Position numbers and translations under genes: made by a program. The notes beneath the pieces are model-generated. The model did no database searches and was not told where the DNA came from. It worked only from the letters and a program-made list of their open reading frames with translations. A stretch of 64,000 nucleotides of DNA. It comes from Bradymonadia bacterium (GTDB lineage: Bacteria; Myxococcota_A; Bradymonadia; UBA7976; UBA1532). The stretch is from NCBI GenBank assembly GCA_046290225.1, contig JBKAGE010000079.1, forward strand, positions 160,001 through 224,000, written 5' to 3'. Below, in pieces: positions 10,353 to 19,797 of the stretch (its first letter is position 1; each line of letters begins with the position of its first letter).

Positions 10353-10853
10353 TCAGCTGCGTTGCAGCCACTCGGCGGTGAACGCCGCGGCCTTCTGGTA
10401 GCTCTCACGAAACGCCTTTTCTACGGCTTTCTCCACCACACCGCCCACCCCGAAAATCTTCACGGAGATGTCTGTCTTGCAGTGACGGTTGAGGCCCTCG
10501 TCTCCATCGGGGGTGGACCAGAACTCACCGCTCACCTTGATCTTCTCCGCGAGCTTCGAGGGGGTGAGGGCGAAGCGCCAGCGCTGATCCACCGGGTCGA
10601 AGGTGCCCTGCTCGATGTAGCTGATGCGATCACCCATGACCTTGCGGGCGGCCTTGGGCAGGTCGAGGGCCGGGATCACCCGGATGCTCCGAGAGATGGT
10701 GCCGTCAGCGGCGGTCTCCAGGGAGAGCTGTTCGAAGCCAAAGCCCAGACCCTCAGTGTAGAGGGCGGTGTTGTAGGCCTCGTCGAGGAACACTTCGCCC
10801 CAGAAGCGGGTCTCGCTCAAGGGGAAGGGGTGGGCGACGGTGAAGGTGTGCAT
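10353..10853 (-). CDS. DUF2505 family (START/SRPBCC-like) protein
   Basis: C-terminal VKIFGVGGVVEK; GGAG RBS before ATG 10853. Confidence 0.7.
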   Translation of the reverse strand: MHTFTVAHPFPLSETRFWGEVFLDEAYNTALYTEGLGFGFEQLSLETAADGTISRSIRVIPALDLPKAARKVMGDRISYIEQGTFDPVDQRWRFALTPSKLAEKIKVSGEFWSTPDGDEGLNRHCKTDISVKIFGVGGVVEKAVEKAFRESYQKAAAFTAEWLQRS

Positions 10854-11026
10854 CGGCTGCTCCAGCGGCGAGAAAAAACGCAATCATCCTCTCCACCAGA
10901 GCCTTAGATCACAAGCTCTCGTTTGACTGAACGAATGTGCGGTGTTAGGTCATGATTGACATCGAGGTGCGTGGACGGTTTGTTGAGAGCCCTCCATCAC
11001 ACACCCAATGGGAGAGTCACAGACCC

Positions 11027-12460
11027 ATGGCTGAAGAGCGTTCATATCTCGAGCTGTCGCAAGACGAGGGCGTCGCCCACAAGTTCTACGAGGTCACGAT
11101 CAACGACACCGAAGTCACGATCCGGTACGGCCGCATCGGCGACAAGGGCACCTCGAAGACCACCAGCTACGCCGACAACGCCAAGGCCAAGGCCTTCGCT
11201 GACAAGAAGCTCCGAGAGAAGCGCCGCAAGGGCTACGAAGATGCTGTGATGGGGGTGCGCAAGAAGCGGGCGATCACCCGCCGGCAGATCGACAGCAAGC
11301 CTGCCACCACCAAGTCGAAGGCACCGCTGGTCTGGAAGTTCTCCACCGGGCGTTCGGCCTTCGGCGTCTTCGTCGACGACGAGCTGTGCTGGGTGGGCAA
11401 CGAGGCGGGCCGCATCTTCGCGCTGAACCACGAGGGCCAGGTGCAGCGTCAGTTCAAGCTGCCTGACGGGGTGAAGTGCCTCGTGGCCGACGATGAGTGG
11501 CGTTACGCCGGCTGCGATGACGGCACAGTGTACGACATCAGCGGCAAGGCCCCGCTGGCGGCCTACGACATCTCCGAAGACGTGGACATCTACTGGCTCG
11601 ACATTCGAGACGGGGTGCTCGGGGTCTCCGACGCCAAGGGCTTCGTGGTGATGATCAACCATGAAGACGAGTCCCACTGGCAGAAGAAGAGCGACGGCCG
11701 CTCTGGCTGGATGGTGCGCTGCGACGAGATCGGCGTGTACCACGGCCACAGCCTGGGCCTCACCATGTACGACTGGGAAGACGGCTCAGTGGTCTGGAGC
11801 CACCGCCTGCCCAGCGCGGTGCTCTTCGGCTGGCAGGAAGAGTCCACCATCTACGCCGCCTGCGCGAACCGTATCGTGTACCAGTACACCAAGCAGGGCC
11901 ACAAAGGTCACGAGTTCAAGTGCGACGCTGCGGTGTTCTCCTGCGCTGCTGCGGAAGACGGCAAGTATGTCTTCGCCGGTGACAACTGCTCTTCGATCTA
12001 CTGCTTCGACAGCACCGGCAAGCGCCTGTGGAAGATGGCCACAGGTTGCGGCTCTGCCTTCTCGATGCAGTTCCACAACGATCGACTCTTCGTGGTGACC
12101 ACCGACGGCTCCCTCGCCTGCTACGACGTGAGCGACGAGGCCATCAAGGGTGCAGAGTCGGGGCAGACCTTCGACGCCAAGATCATCGCCGCCCCTGCTG
12201 CCACCGCCGACGTGGCCCCCACCACCAGCGTCGACACTGTGGCCGCGAGCGCCGTGAGCAGCGGCGTCGTGGTGGAGTGCTACAAAGAGGGCAGCCGCCT
12301 GCGGGTGCGCCCCGTGGGCGATGGCTTCAACGCCGGCTGGCACGTGCAGTTCCCCAAGCACCTGCGCGAAGCGGGGGCTCGCTATGTGGTCGAGGCCCTC
12401 AAAGAGTCGAGCCGTGGTGGGTTCTACCGCGCCTCGGGCGACATCAAGAAGCTGGTCTAG
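11027..12460 (+). CDS. WGR domain + beta-propeller protein (module A, gene 1)
   Basis: N-terminal HKFYEV..YGRIG..KRRKGY (WGR), WD40/PQQ-like repeats, short C-terminal domain; GGAGAG RBS before ATG 11027. Confidence 0.85.
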   Translation: MAEERSYLELSQDEGVAHKFYEVTINDTEVTIRYGRIGDKGTSKTTSYADNAKAKAFADKKLREKRRKGYEDAVMGVRKKRAITRRQIDSKPATTKSKAPLVWKFSTGRSAFGVFVDDELCWVGNEAGRIFALNHEGQVQRQFKLPDGVKCLVADDEWRYAGCDDGTVYDISGKAPLAAYDISEDVDIYWLDIRDGVLGVSDAKGFVVMINHEDESHWQKKSDGRSGWMVRCDEIGVYHGHSLGLTMYDWEDGSVVWSHRLPSAVLFGWQEESTIYAACANRIVYQYTKQGHKGHEFKCDAAVFSCAAAEDGKYVFAGDNCSSIYCFDSTGKRLWKMATGCGSAFSMQFHNDRLFVVTTDGSLACYDVSDEAIKGAESGQTFDAKIIAAPAATADVAPTTSVDTVAASAVSSGVVVECYKEGSRLRVRPVGDGFNAGWHVQFPKHLREAGARYVVEALKESSRGGFYRASGDIKKLV

Positions 12461-12509
12461 AGCTTACTGCTCGAGAACCATGAACGTACGCTTCAACAGG
12501 ACCTGAATC

Positions 12510-15500
12510 GTGAATTTGATCCGACAGAGCCGGCTCATCTTTCGCCGCGGCGCCTCAGAGAAGATCTACGAGATCGAACTCTGTGAGACCTCGGCCGCTC
12601 CGCCGAACCGCTATGTGGTGAACTACCGCTATGGCCGGCGTGGGGGCACCTTCAAAGAAGGCTCCAAGACCGTCACGCCGGTGAGTCGCGTCGAAGCGGA
12701 TCAAATTTTCGATCACCTCGAAGAAGCGCAGCTGCTCAAGGGCTACCAGCGTGAAGGGGCTGCAGGCGCAGCCCCCCCGCCGGCAACCTCGACGCCCTCT
12801 TCCGGAAGTGGCCTGGGCTCCCGTCTCTCTGGCCGCACACCCACACCCTCGACGACCTCAGCGGGCACCAGCGCCTCGGGTGGCACCCGGCGACGCGTGA
12901 GTGCGCCCACCTCAGCGCCAGCGGCGACAGCCTCGAGATCCCCCAGCGGAGATGCACGACGCGATCGCGTACTGGCACGCCTCGATGAGGGCGACTCGGT
13001 GGCTGGTGCCGGTGGGCGCCGTGGTGGGCTCTCCGGGCTGCGGGCCACCTTCACCCGGCATCGGAGAGGGGCGCGTCGCACCGCCACCCCCGTGGCGTGG
13101 CCTCTCGAGCGCGCCATCTGGCGGGCAGGGGAGCTGCGCCTCGTCGACGCCGTGCCGCGCCTCATCGAGCTCATCGGCACCAAAGACGCTCAGCGGGACT
13201 ACTGCATCGCCTGGGCTCTGGGTCGCATCGACGAGCGCAGCGCCCTCGGCGCCCTCAACCGCCTCTATCGAGATGTCACTGGTCACGAGATGGTGGTGCG
13301 CATGGCCGGTGAGGCGGTGAGGGCCCTGCTCGACGAGACCGAACTGCAGACGTTCCGAGAAGAAGTGGCCCGCAAGCTGCCTGATCCGCTGCGCACACAG
13401 GTGCTCCAAGGCGGCGAGGGGGCTGATGATGCCCTCGCCGAGTCTTTGGGCAACCACTTGGAGAGCAGCGGTCACAAAGCGTGGAAGGCTGTAGAGCGCC
13501 TCTACCTGATCGACAATGACACCACCCGAGCGGTGCTCAAGTCGCTCCTGCGTCAGATGCCTCTCAAAGCCCCCATGTGGCGGGCGGCGCGGCACATCTT
13601 CAAGGCCGCCGAGTTCCGCCTCGACGCCGAGATCTTCGGCCTGCTCGCCTGGCGTATGGCCACGACCCGGGCGTCTTTCAAGCGGGGCCGCTACAGCAGC
13701 TATGTGCGGGACGAAGAGACAGGGGGCTATGTCCGCCTCGACATGACCACCCTGGGCCGCCCCGACGCCAAATACGGCTACGGCAGCGACACCCGGGCCT
13801 ACATGCGTCGTCGTGTCTGGCGCACCCTGCGGCGACTCGGCGAGCTCGGAGACGAGGCCTTTGTGCCCATGGCCGTAGGTGTCTTGTTGCCGTTCTCCGA
13901 CAACGACAAGCGCACCGAGCGGACTGGGTGGAAGGGGCGTGGTCAGGCCCTCTATGGTGAGTTCGCCAGCTACTGGGCCTTCAACCATCTGCTCTACACC
14001 CACAGCGAGTCACATCACCCAGATCGCGCCAACCTGCGCTGGTGGGAGGTGATTCAGGCACCGAGTGGCCGTCGCAGCCGCTCTTCGGTGAGGTCCCGCC
14101 GTGGCAGCCTCAGCGATCGCACAGTGTCTCCGCCCCCTCAACAGGGGCGCACTGAGGCTTTCCCGGAGCTGTGGAACGACAACCCAGGAGGGTTGCTGCA
14201 TTTGCTCGACGAGAGTCGGTGCAGGCGGGTCCATCAGTTTGCCGTCGCCGCCCTGCGCGACAACACCCAGGCCCTCGAGCGCATGCCCATCGAGGCGGTG
14301 TGCATGCTCATCACCGCGCGCTACAAGGTCACCGTGGAGCTCGGCGTCGAGCTCGCCCGGGCCCGTGACGATGGCAGCGCCCCCGATCAGCGTCTGGTCA
14401 TCGCCTGTGCCCGCAGCTCGGTTCAGGCGGCGCGACAGCTGGCCTTCGACTGGATCAATCGTCACCCCGAGCACTTCACCCGTGATGGCAAGTTCCTCGC
14501 CGAGCTCATCACCAGCCAATGGGACGACACCCGCGTCTTCGCCCGAGGCTTGATTCGGGGGCTCACCCTCACCGAAGAGGCGGGCCGCACCCTCGTGGCT
14601 CGCCTAGTGGCCTCGCTCATGGCCCTCGGCAAGGGCAAGCAGAGCCACGAAGAGCAGATCGCCTCTGACGTCGCCGATTTGTTGTTCCGGGTGTTCCGAC
14701 AGCACCTCACAGGTCTCGGAGAGCAGGTCATCGCCGATCTGCTCCGACACCCGCTGCAGTCGGTGCAGGCCCTCGGCGGCGACATCCTGCTCAACCACGA
14801 CACCCTCGCGGCGAGCCCACCAGAGTCCTTGTTGCTGGCGTTGTTGCAGTCGAAACATGCCGAGGTGCGTGCTCTGGGTCTGCGCCTGATGGGTCAGCTG
14901 AGCGACGCCGCCCTCGGCGAGCGCAGCATGATCCTTGTGGCCCTCGCCACTCACAGCGAGGCCGATTTGAGAGCTGGTGCCATCGAGCATCTGAAACGGC
15001 TCGCCCAAATCGGCGATCTCGGCCAGAAGATGGCCGAATCTCTGATTCGCGCCCTCGTGGGGCAGAAGATCAGGGGCGACGGGGCAGATTACGCCGTCGA
15101 GGCGCTCCGTGAGGCCCTCAAAGGGCACTTGCCGGCGCTGCCGATGGATTCGATCTGGCGGCTGCTCAAGTCGAAAACCAAGGCTGGCCAGAGCCTCGGC
15201 GGGCTGCTGCTTGAGGCGGGCGTGAAGGCCGAGACTCTCACTGTCGACGAGATGGCCCGCCTCAGCCGCCACGAGATTCTCACGGTACGAGAGGCTGCGT
15301 GGGCCTTCTATCGCCAGAGCGTGGCGCGCATCAAAGCCGACATGGTGAGCGCAGTGCGCGTCTTCGACAGCGAGTGGGCCGACTCTCGCACCTTCGCCTT
15401 CGAGTTCTTCAGCGATGGCGACGTCTTCACCCGAGAGGCCTTCACACCGCAGATCCTGGTGGGCATCTGCGACAGCGTGCGCCCCGACGTACAGCTCTTC

Positions 15501-15950
15501 GGGCGGCGGCTCATCACTCAGTACTTCAACACCGAAGATGGCGTGGAGTACATGCTCAAGCTCGCCGAGCACCCGTCCATCGACATCCAGCTGTTCGTCA
15601 GCCAGTACCTCGAAGACTACGCTGCCGGTCACGCTGACCGCGTCGAAGCGCTCGAGCCCTACTTCGCCGGTGTGCTCGCTCGGGTGAACCGCGGAGGCGT
15701 GGCCAAGGCTCGTGTGTTCGGTTTCTTCGAGGCCCAGGCCAGCGTCAGCGCCGAGCTCGCGGCCCCCATCGCCCGGCTGCTCGCTCGACAGTCCGCCACA
15801 ATCGCCATCACTGATCGCGCCCGGTGCATCGAGATCATGACCTCGATTCAGCGCCGCTGGCCCGACATCGAGTTGCCCCTCGTGGCTCGCCCGCCAGAAG
15901 CGCGCGGTGCCATCTCCGGGCAGCCCGCGAACGCCAGCGCAGGAGCTTAA
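12510..15950 (+). CDS. WGR domain + ARM/HEAT repeat protein (module A, gene 2)
   Basis: SEKIYEIEL..YRYGRRG..KGY (WGR), Ser/Gly/Arg-rich linker, long helical repeat region. Confidence 0.8.
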   Translation: MNLIRQSRLIFRRGASEKIYEIELCETSAAPPNRYVVNYRYGRRGGTFKEGSKTVTPVSRVEADQIFDHLEEAQLLKGYQREGAAGAAPPPATSTPSSGSGLGSRLSGRTPTPSTTSAGTSASGGTRRRVSAPTSAPAATASRSPSGDARRDRVLARLDEGDSVAGAGGRRGGLSGLRATFTRHRRGARRTATPVAWPLERAIWRAGELRLVDAVPRLIELIGTKDAQRDYCIAWALGRIDERSALGALNRLYRDVTGHEMVVRMAGEAVRALLDETELQTFREEVARKLPDPLRTQVLQGGEGADDALAESLGNHLESSGHKAWKAVERLYLIDNDTTRAVLKSLLRQMPLKAPMWRAARHIFKAAEFRLDAEIFGLLAWRMATTRASFKRGRYSSYVRDEETGGYVRLDMTTLGRPDAKYGYGSDTRAYMRRRVWRTLRRLGELGDEAFVPMAVGVLLPFSDNDKRTERTGWKGRGQALYGEFASYWAFNHLLYTHSESHHPDRANLRWWEVIQAPSGRRSRSSVRSRRGSLSDRTVSPPPQQGRTEAFPELWNDNPGGLLHLLDESRCRRVHQFAVAALRDNTQALERMPIEAVCMLITARYKVTVELGVELARARDDGSAPDQRLVIACARSSVQAARQLAFDWINRHPEHFTRDGKFLAELITSQWDDTRVFARGLIRGLTLTEEAGRTLVARLVASLMALGKGKQSHEEQIASDVADLLFRVFRQHLTGLGEQVIADLLRHPLQSVQALGGDILLNHDTLAASPPESLLLALLQSKHAEVRALGLRLMGQLSDAALGERSMILVALATHSEADLRAGAIEHLKRLAQIGDLGQKMAESLIRALVGQKIRGDGADYAVEALREALKGHLPALPMDSIWRLLKSKTKAGQSLGGLLLEAGVKAETLTVDEMARLSRHEILTVREAAWAFYRQSVARIKADMVSAVRVFDSEWADSRTFAFEFFSDGDVFTREAFTPQILVGICDSVRPDVQLFGRRLITQYFNTEDGVEYMLKLAEHPSIDIQLFVSQYLEDYAAGHADRVEALEPYFAGVLARVNRGGVAKARVFGFFEAQASVSAELAAPIARLLARQSATIAITDRARCIEIMTSIQRRWPDIELPLVARPPEARGAISGQPANASAGA

Positions 15951-15952
15951 CG

Positions 15953-17638
15953 GTGGAGTTCACGTTCAACTATCGAGGGGCCAGCGCCGTCAACAACCGC
16001 GCCGACCGAACCGAGATGGTCTTCTCACCCGACACGCTGCGCGATCCGACCTTCTTTCGGGGAGAGCTCACCGCCAGCAGCCGTGGCGGGGGCATCCCGT
16101 TTCGAGAGGCCATCAGCGCTCTGCACGATGTCGTGGTGCAAGATGGCCGGTTCGTGCCCAAGGACAAGAGCGCCTACAAAGCCTGGGTCGCTCAGCAAGA
16201 GCAGCTCGACGTGCTCGATCTCGCCGCAGAGCGGGCCGACATCGCCGACGAGATCAAAGAGCTGCGTGACGAGCTGAGGGTGCTCGATCAGAGATCGACC
16301 CGGCGTACGTCTGAGTTCTACGCCGCTCGGCGTCGCTATTGGGATTGGCTCTACCGGCACGACTACAACGCCTGGCTCATCTTCGACCCGGTGATCACCG
16401 TGCACCCCGACGAGCTGTTCTTCGAGTGCTTCAGCGTCGACGAGTCGAGTTATGGGCGCCTCGGGGTGAACCACGACGTGTTCCAGAACCTCGGCGATAT
16501 GGCGTGCGGTACAACGAACGTCGACTACTCGCAGCAGCTGTATGACGAGTTCCAAAAGATCCGCAGCTACAAGACCACCACGTTCCAGGTCGATCCCAGC
16601 GGCTTCGAGACTCAGACTCACGACGCCACCACCTTCAGCGAGGCTCACAAAGAGGTCAAAATCGACCTGCCCGACACGTGGGTTCGGGGTTTCTTGCAGG
16701 TGAACTCGGCCATGTCGTTGCCGGCCACCACCTTCACGCTGCATCCCATGGACGTGCACAACTTCTGCTTCGTGCTGCGGCGCCACAAAGAGATCGTGGG
16801 TCCGCGGTCGATGCGTTACGTGCTCACCCCCGGACAGCCGGTAAAGGTGGTCTTCGAGCCCTGGGACTTCGAGGTGGTGTGTCCACGCTCGATCTACGAG
16901 GGCCCCGTGGCCCAGGAGATCCGGGTCTGGGGCCGCCGCCGGCTGAACGTGCTCGAGCGGCTGATCCCTGTGGCCCGTAAGTTCACCGTGCATCTGCTCG
17001 GCAGCGGCATGCCTTCGTTCTACGTGGCCGATCTCGGCGATATGTCGTTCACCCTGGGCCTCTCCGGCTGGACGACGAACGACTGGGCCGCCGCGGGGAA
17101 CTTCGATCTCATGGCCCCTCGGGCAGATGTCGACGCCGACACCAAGCGGCGTGTCTTTCAGGCCCTCAAGGCCGACTGGCTCAAGACCCCCGATGTGCTG
17201 GCACACGATCTCAACCTCGACCGTGCCACGGTGCTCGGGGCTCTGGGCGCCTGGACCCAGGCGGGACGAGCCATCTACGACCTGAACAAGGGTGTGTATC
17301 GGGCCCGAGAGCTCAGCCGGGAGCCGCTCCCGCTCGACGCGCTGCGGTTCTCCAGCCCCCGAGAAGAGTCGGCCCACACCTTCGTGAGTCAGGGCAAGGT
17401 GCGCCTCAACAACACCAGTCACGACAATCGTGGCTGGTTGCATCTGAGGGGCACTGTGAAAGACACCGCTGCTCGAGGAAGCAGCAAGCAATACATGCCG
17501 TCGATCATCATCGACACCGACGAGCGGATGAATCACGGCGAGTGCACGTGCAACTGGTACACCCAGAACAAGCTCTACAAGGGCCCGTGCGAGCACATGA
17601 TCGCTTTGCGGTTGGAGTACAACCGCAGGCGGCATTGA
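15953..17638 (+). CDS. SWIM zinc-finger protein (module A, gene 3)
   Basis: AGGAG RBS + GTG 15953; C-terminal CTC-x12-CEH (17543-17596) fits SWIM CxC-xn-CxH. Confidence 0.85.
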   Translation: MEFTFNYRGASAVNNRADRTEMVFSPDTLRDPTFFRGELTASSRGGGIPFREAISALHDVVVQDGRFVPKDKSAYKAWVAQQEQLDVLDLAAERADIADEIKELRDELRVLDQRSTRRTSEFYAARRRYWDWLYRHDYNAWLIFDPVITVHPDELFFECFSVDESSYGRLGVNHDVFQNLGDMACGTTNVDYSQQLYDEFQKIRSYKTTTFQVDPSGFETQTHDATTFSEAHKEVKIDLPDTWVRGFLQVNSAMSLPATTFTLHPMDVHNFCFVLRRHKEIVGPRSMRYVLTPGQPVKVVFEPWDFEVVCPRSIYEGPVAQEIRVWGRRRLNVLERLIPVARKFTVHLLGSGMPSFYVADLGDMSFTLGLSGWTTNDWAAAGNFDLMAPRADVDADTKRRVFQALKADWLKTPDVLAHDLNLDRATVLGALGAWTQAGRAIYDLNKGVYRARELSREPLPLDALRFSSPREESAHTFVSQGKVRLNNTSHDNRGWLHLRGTVKDTAARGSSKQYMPSIIIDTDERMNHGECTCNWYTQNKLYKGPCEHMIALRLEYNRRRH

Positions 17639-17679
17639 CGAGAGTTTCGATATCTAGACAAACGTGCAGCGTTTGGCGG

Positions 17680-17708
17680 TTGACAAGCTGGTTTTGATTC
17701 AATACGGT
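17680..17708 (+). promoter_or_regulatory. Sigma70-type promoter for ncRNA A / RT A
   Basis: TTGACA (17680-17685), 17-bp spacer, TACGGT (17703-17708), 20 nt upstream of the first inverted-repeat arm. Confidence 0.65.
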
Positions 17709-17727
17709 CTGAACCAACGCTCTTTGA

Positions 17728-18056
17728 CAACACAACACACAACACAGGGCATCAACCTGATGCTCAGTCTAATGAATCAAATTGATTAGACTGTGCTCTC
17801 GCTGGCGTCGTGAACAGAGACCTTGCAACCCGGGCGGCGGATCGCCGTCCTTGCCACTTGCTTTGTCATGCGTCACTGGCCCGCTCTTTACTGTGGCGCC
17901 CGTCGCACTGGGGGCGACATTCCGGTATGGCTCCCGTGGAGCCAATGTCGCCCCCAGTGCGGGGCGCCTGGAGTTGAGTCGATCCAGTCCCGAGAGGAGT
18001 ACGAAGGTGATCGATGTCAGCGTTCGGGCTGATGCCTTGTGTTGTGTGTTGTGTTG
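17728..18056 (+). ncRNA. Retron msr-msd ncRNA A
   Basis: 33-nt inverted arms 17728-17760 / 18024-18056 (30 Watson-Crick, 2 G.U, 1 A.C); msr-like hairpin 17765-17793; long msd-like hairpin 17895-17968 with a perfect 18-bp stem; directly upstream of a retron RT. Confidence 0.9.
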
Positions 18057-18174
18057 AAGCGCGTGGCTCGCGCCCATTCGGGATGCATCGAGTCGCCCAC
18101 CGAATTGCTCAACTGCACGTTCATCGAGAATCCTCCTCCACCGCACTGCGGGGGAAGGTTGCGGCAGGCAGATC

Positions 18175-19797
18175 ATGAGCGAGCATCCGCGGACACGACA
18201 AGAGATATACGACCGTATTCGAGAGACCTCCTCCGAGCAGGTCCAGCTCGAAGATATGGTCCGTCTGGGCTTCTGGCCGCGCCGTCGCGGTCGTCCGGAA
18301 GACCCCGTCGATGAAGTCCGCCGTCGTGGTGAGCTGCTTCGGAGACTCAAAGCGTTACAGTCCGATCATCGCCGCCTGGGTGATCAGCAGGCTGCGTTGC
18401 GAGAGGTGCGCAGGCGTCGGATGAAGGCCGCCAAGGAGCGGCGCGTCGAGACCAAAGCTCGACGCATTCGTGAGCGCGAAGAGAAAGCCCGAGCATGGTC
18501 TCGCCGCAAACAGAGTGAGATTCTGTTTCTCGGTGAAGAGGTCTCTGGCGGGCTGGGCAAGTTCAGCTGTGACATCCCCAAGTTGCAGAAGCAGGGGCTG
18601 CCCATCTTCGAGAGCATGGAGGAGCTCGCTGGGGCCATGGGCATCACCGTGCCCGAGCTCCGGTTCCTCGCCTTCGATCGTAAGGTGAGCAGCCAGAGCC
18701 ACTATGTGCAGTTCACGGTGCCCAAGAAGACCGGTGGTGAGCGCCTGATCTCGGCACCGATGCCCCGACTCAAGCGTGCCCAGCGCTGGGTGCTCGACAC
18801 GCTGCTCACCCCCATCGACGTACACGACGCCGCTCACGGCTTCCGCGAGGGGCGGTCCATCGTCACCAACGCCACCCCCCACGTTGGTGCTGACGTTGTG
18901 GTGAACGTCGATCTCAGCGACTTCTTCCCCACAGTTGGCTATCGACGGGTGAGGGGGGTCTTCAAGGGCCTGGGCTACAGTGAGGCCATCTCTACTGTGC
19001 TCGCCCTCGTCTGCACCGAACCTCAGACCACCACTGTAGAGCTCGACGGCCGTACTTGGTACGTGAAGACCGGTACACGTTTGCTCCCACAGGGGGCCCC
19101 CACCAGCCCTGCCATCACCAACCTCATCTGTCGCAAGCTCGACCGACGCTTGCACGGCCTCGCCCGTCGCTATGGCTTCACCTACACCCGCTACGCCGAC
19201 GATCTGACCTTCTCCGCCCCGAAAGAGGCTGGTGGTGATGTGGGCATCGTGCTGCGGTGTCTGCGACAGGTGGTGGCCGCCGAGGGCTTCGTGGTGCACC
19301 CCGAGAAGACCCGCATCTTGCGCAACGGCGCTCGAAAAGAGGTCACCGGGGTGGTGGTGAACGAGAAGCTTTCTGTTGATCGCAAGACACTGCGCAAGTT
19401 CCGAGCGGTGCTGTTCCAGATCTACAAGGACGGCCCTGAAGGGAAGTCATGGGGTGCTGAGGGGGCGCCACTCTTTGCCAGCCTCCAGGGATACGCCGAC
19501 TTCGTCTACATGGTCGATCCTCAGCGTGGCGGGCCCTTGCGCGAGAAGGTCCTCGAGCTGCGCCACCGTCATGGCGTGAGCCCAGCGCCTCGACCTGCGG
19601 CTGCCCAGCCGGCGGCCACTCAAGCAGCTGCGCCTGCTGCGCCCACCGCACCTTCGGCGCCTCCCGCCGAGAGCGGCGATCTCAATGATCTCATCCGCCA
19701 GTTTTCTGGCGATGAAGAGAAGCCCGCCGAGCAGAGCTCCGAGTCTTCGAGCGAGAGTGAGGAAGACAAAGACAAGAAGTGGTGGAAGCTGTTTTGA
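18175..19797 (+). CDS. Retron reverse transcriptase A
   Basis: AHGF, NATPH (NAxxH), DFFP, LPQGAPTSP, YADD (19192-19203), VTG; charged N-terminal extension, low-complexity C-terminal tail. Confidence 0.95.
   Translation: MSEHPRTRQEIYDRIRETSSEQVQLEDMVRLGFWPRRRGRPEDPVDEVRRRGELLRRLKALQSDHRRLGDQQAALREVRRRRMKAAKERRVETKARRIREREEKARAWSRRKQSEILFLGEEVSGGLGKFSCDIPKLQKQGLPIFESMEELAGAMGITVPELRFLAFDRKVSSQSHYVQFTVPKKTGGERLISAPMPRLKRAQRWVLDTLLTPIDVHDAAHGFREGRSIVTNATPHVGADVVVNVDLSDFFPTVGYRRVRGVFKGLGYSEAISTVLALVCTEPQTTTVELDGRTWYVKTGTRLLPQGAPTSPAITNLICRKLDRRLHGLARRYGFTYTRYADDLTFSAPKEAGGDVGIVLRCLRQVVAAEGFVVHPEKTRILRNGARKEVTGVVVNEKLSVDRKTLRKFRAVLFQIYKDGPEGKSWGAEGAPLFASLQGYADFVYMVDPQRGGPLREKVLELRHRHGVSPAPRPAAAQPAATQAAAPAAPTAPSAPPAESGDLNDLIRQFSGDEEKPAEQSSESSSESEEDKDKKWWKLF

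Noticed and set aside
10923..10951. TTGACT-17-TAGGTC promoter for module A
   Set aside because: Plausible position, but the -10 lacks the conserved final T and it does not share the motif seen before the two ncRNAs; too weak to call.
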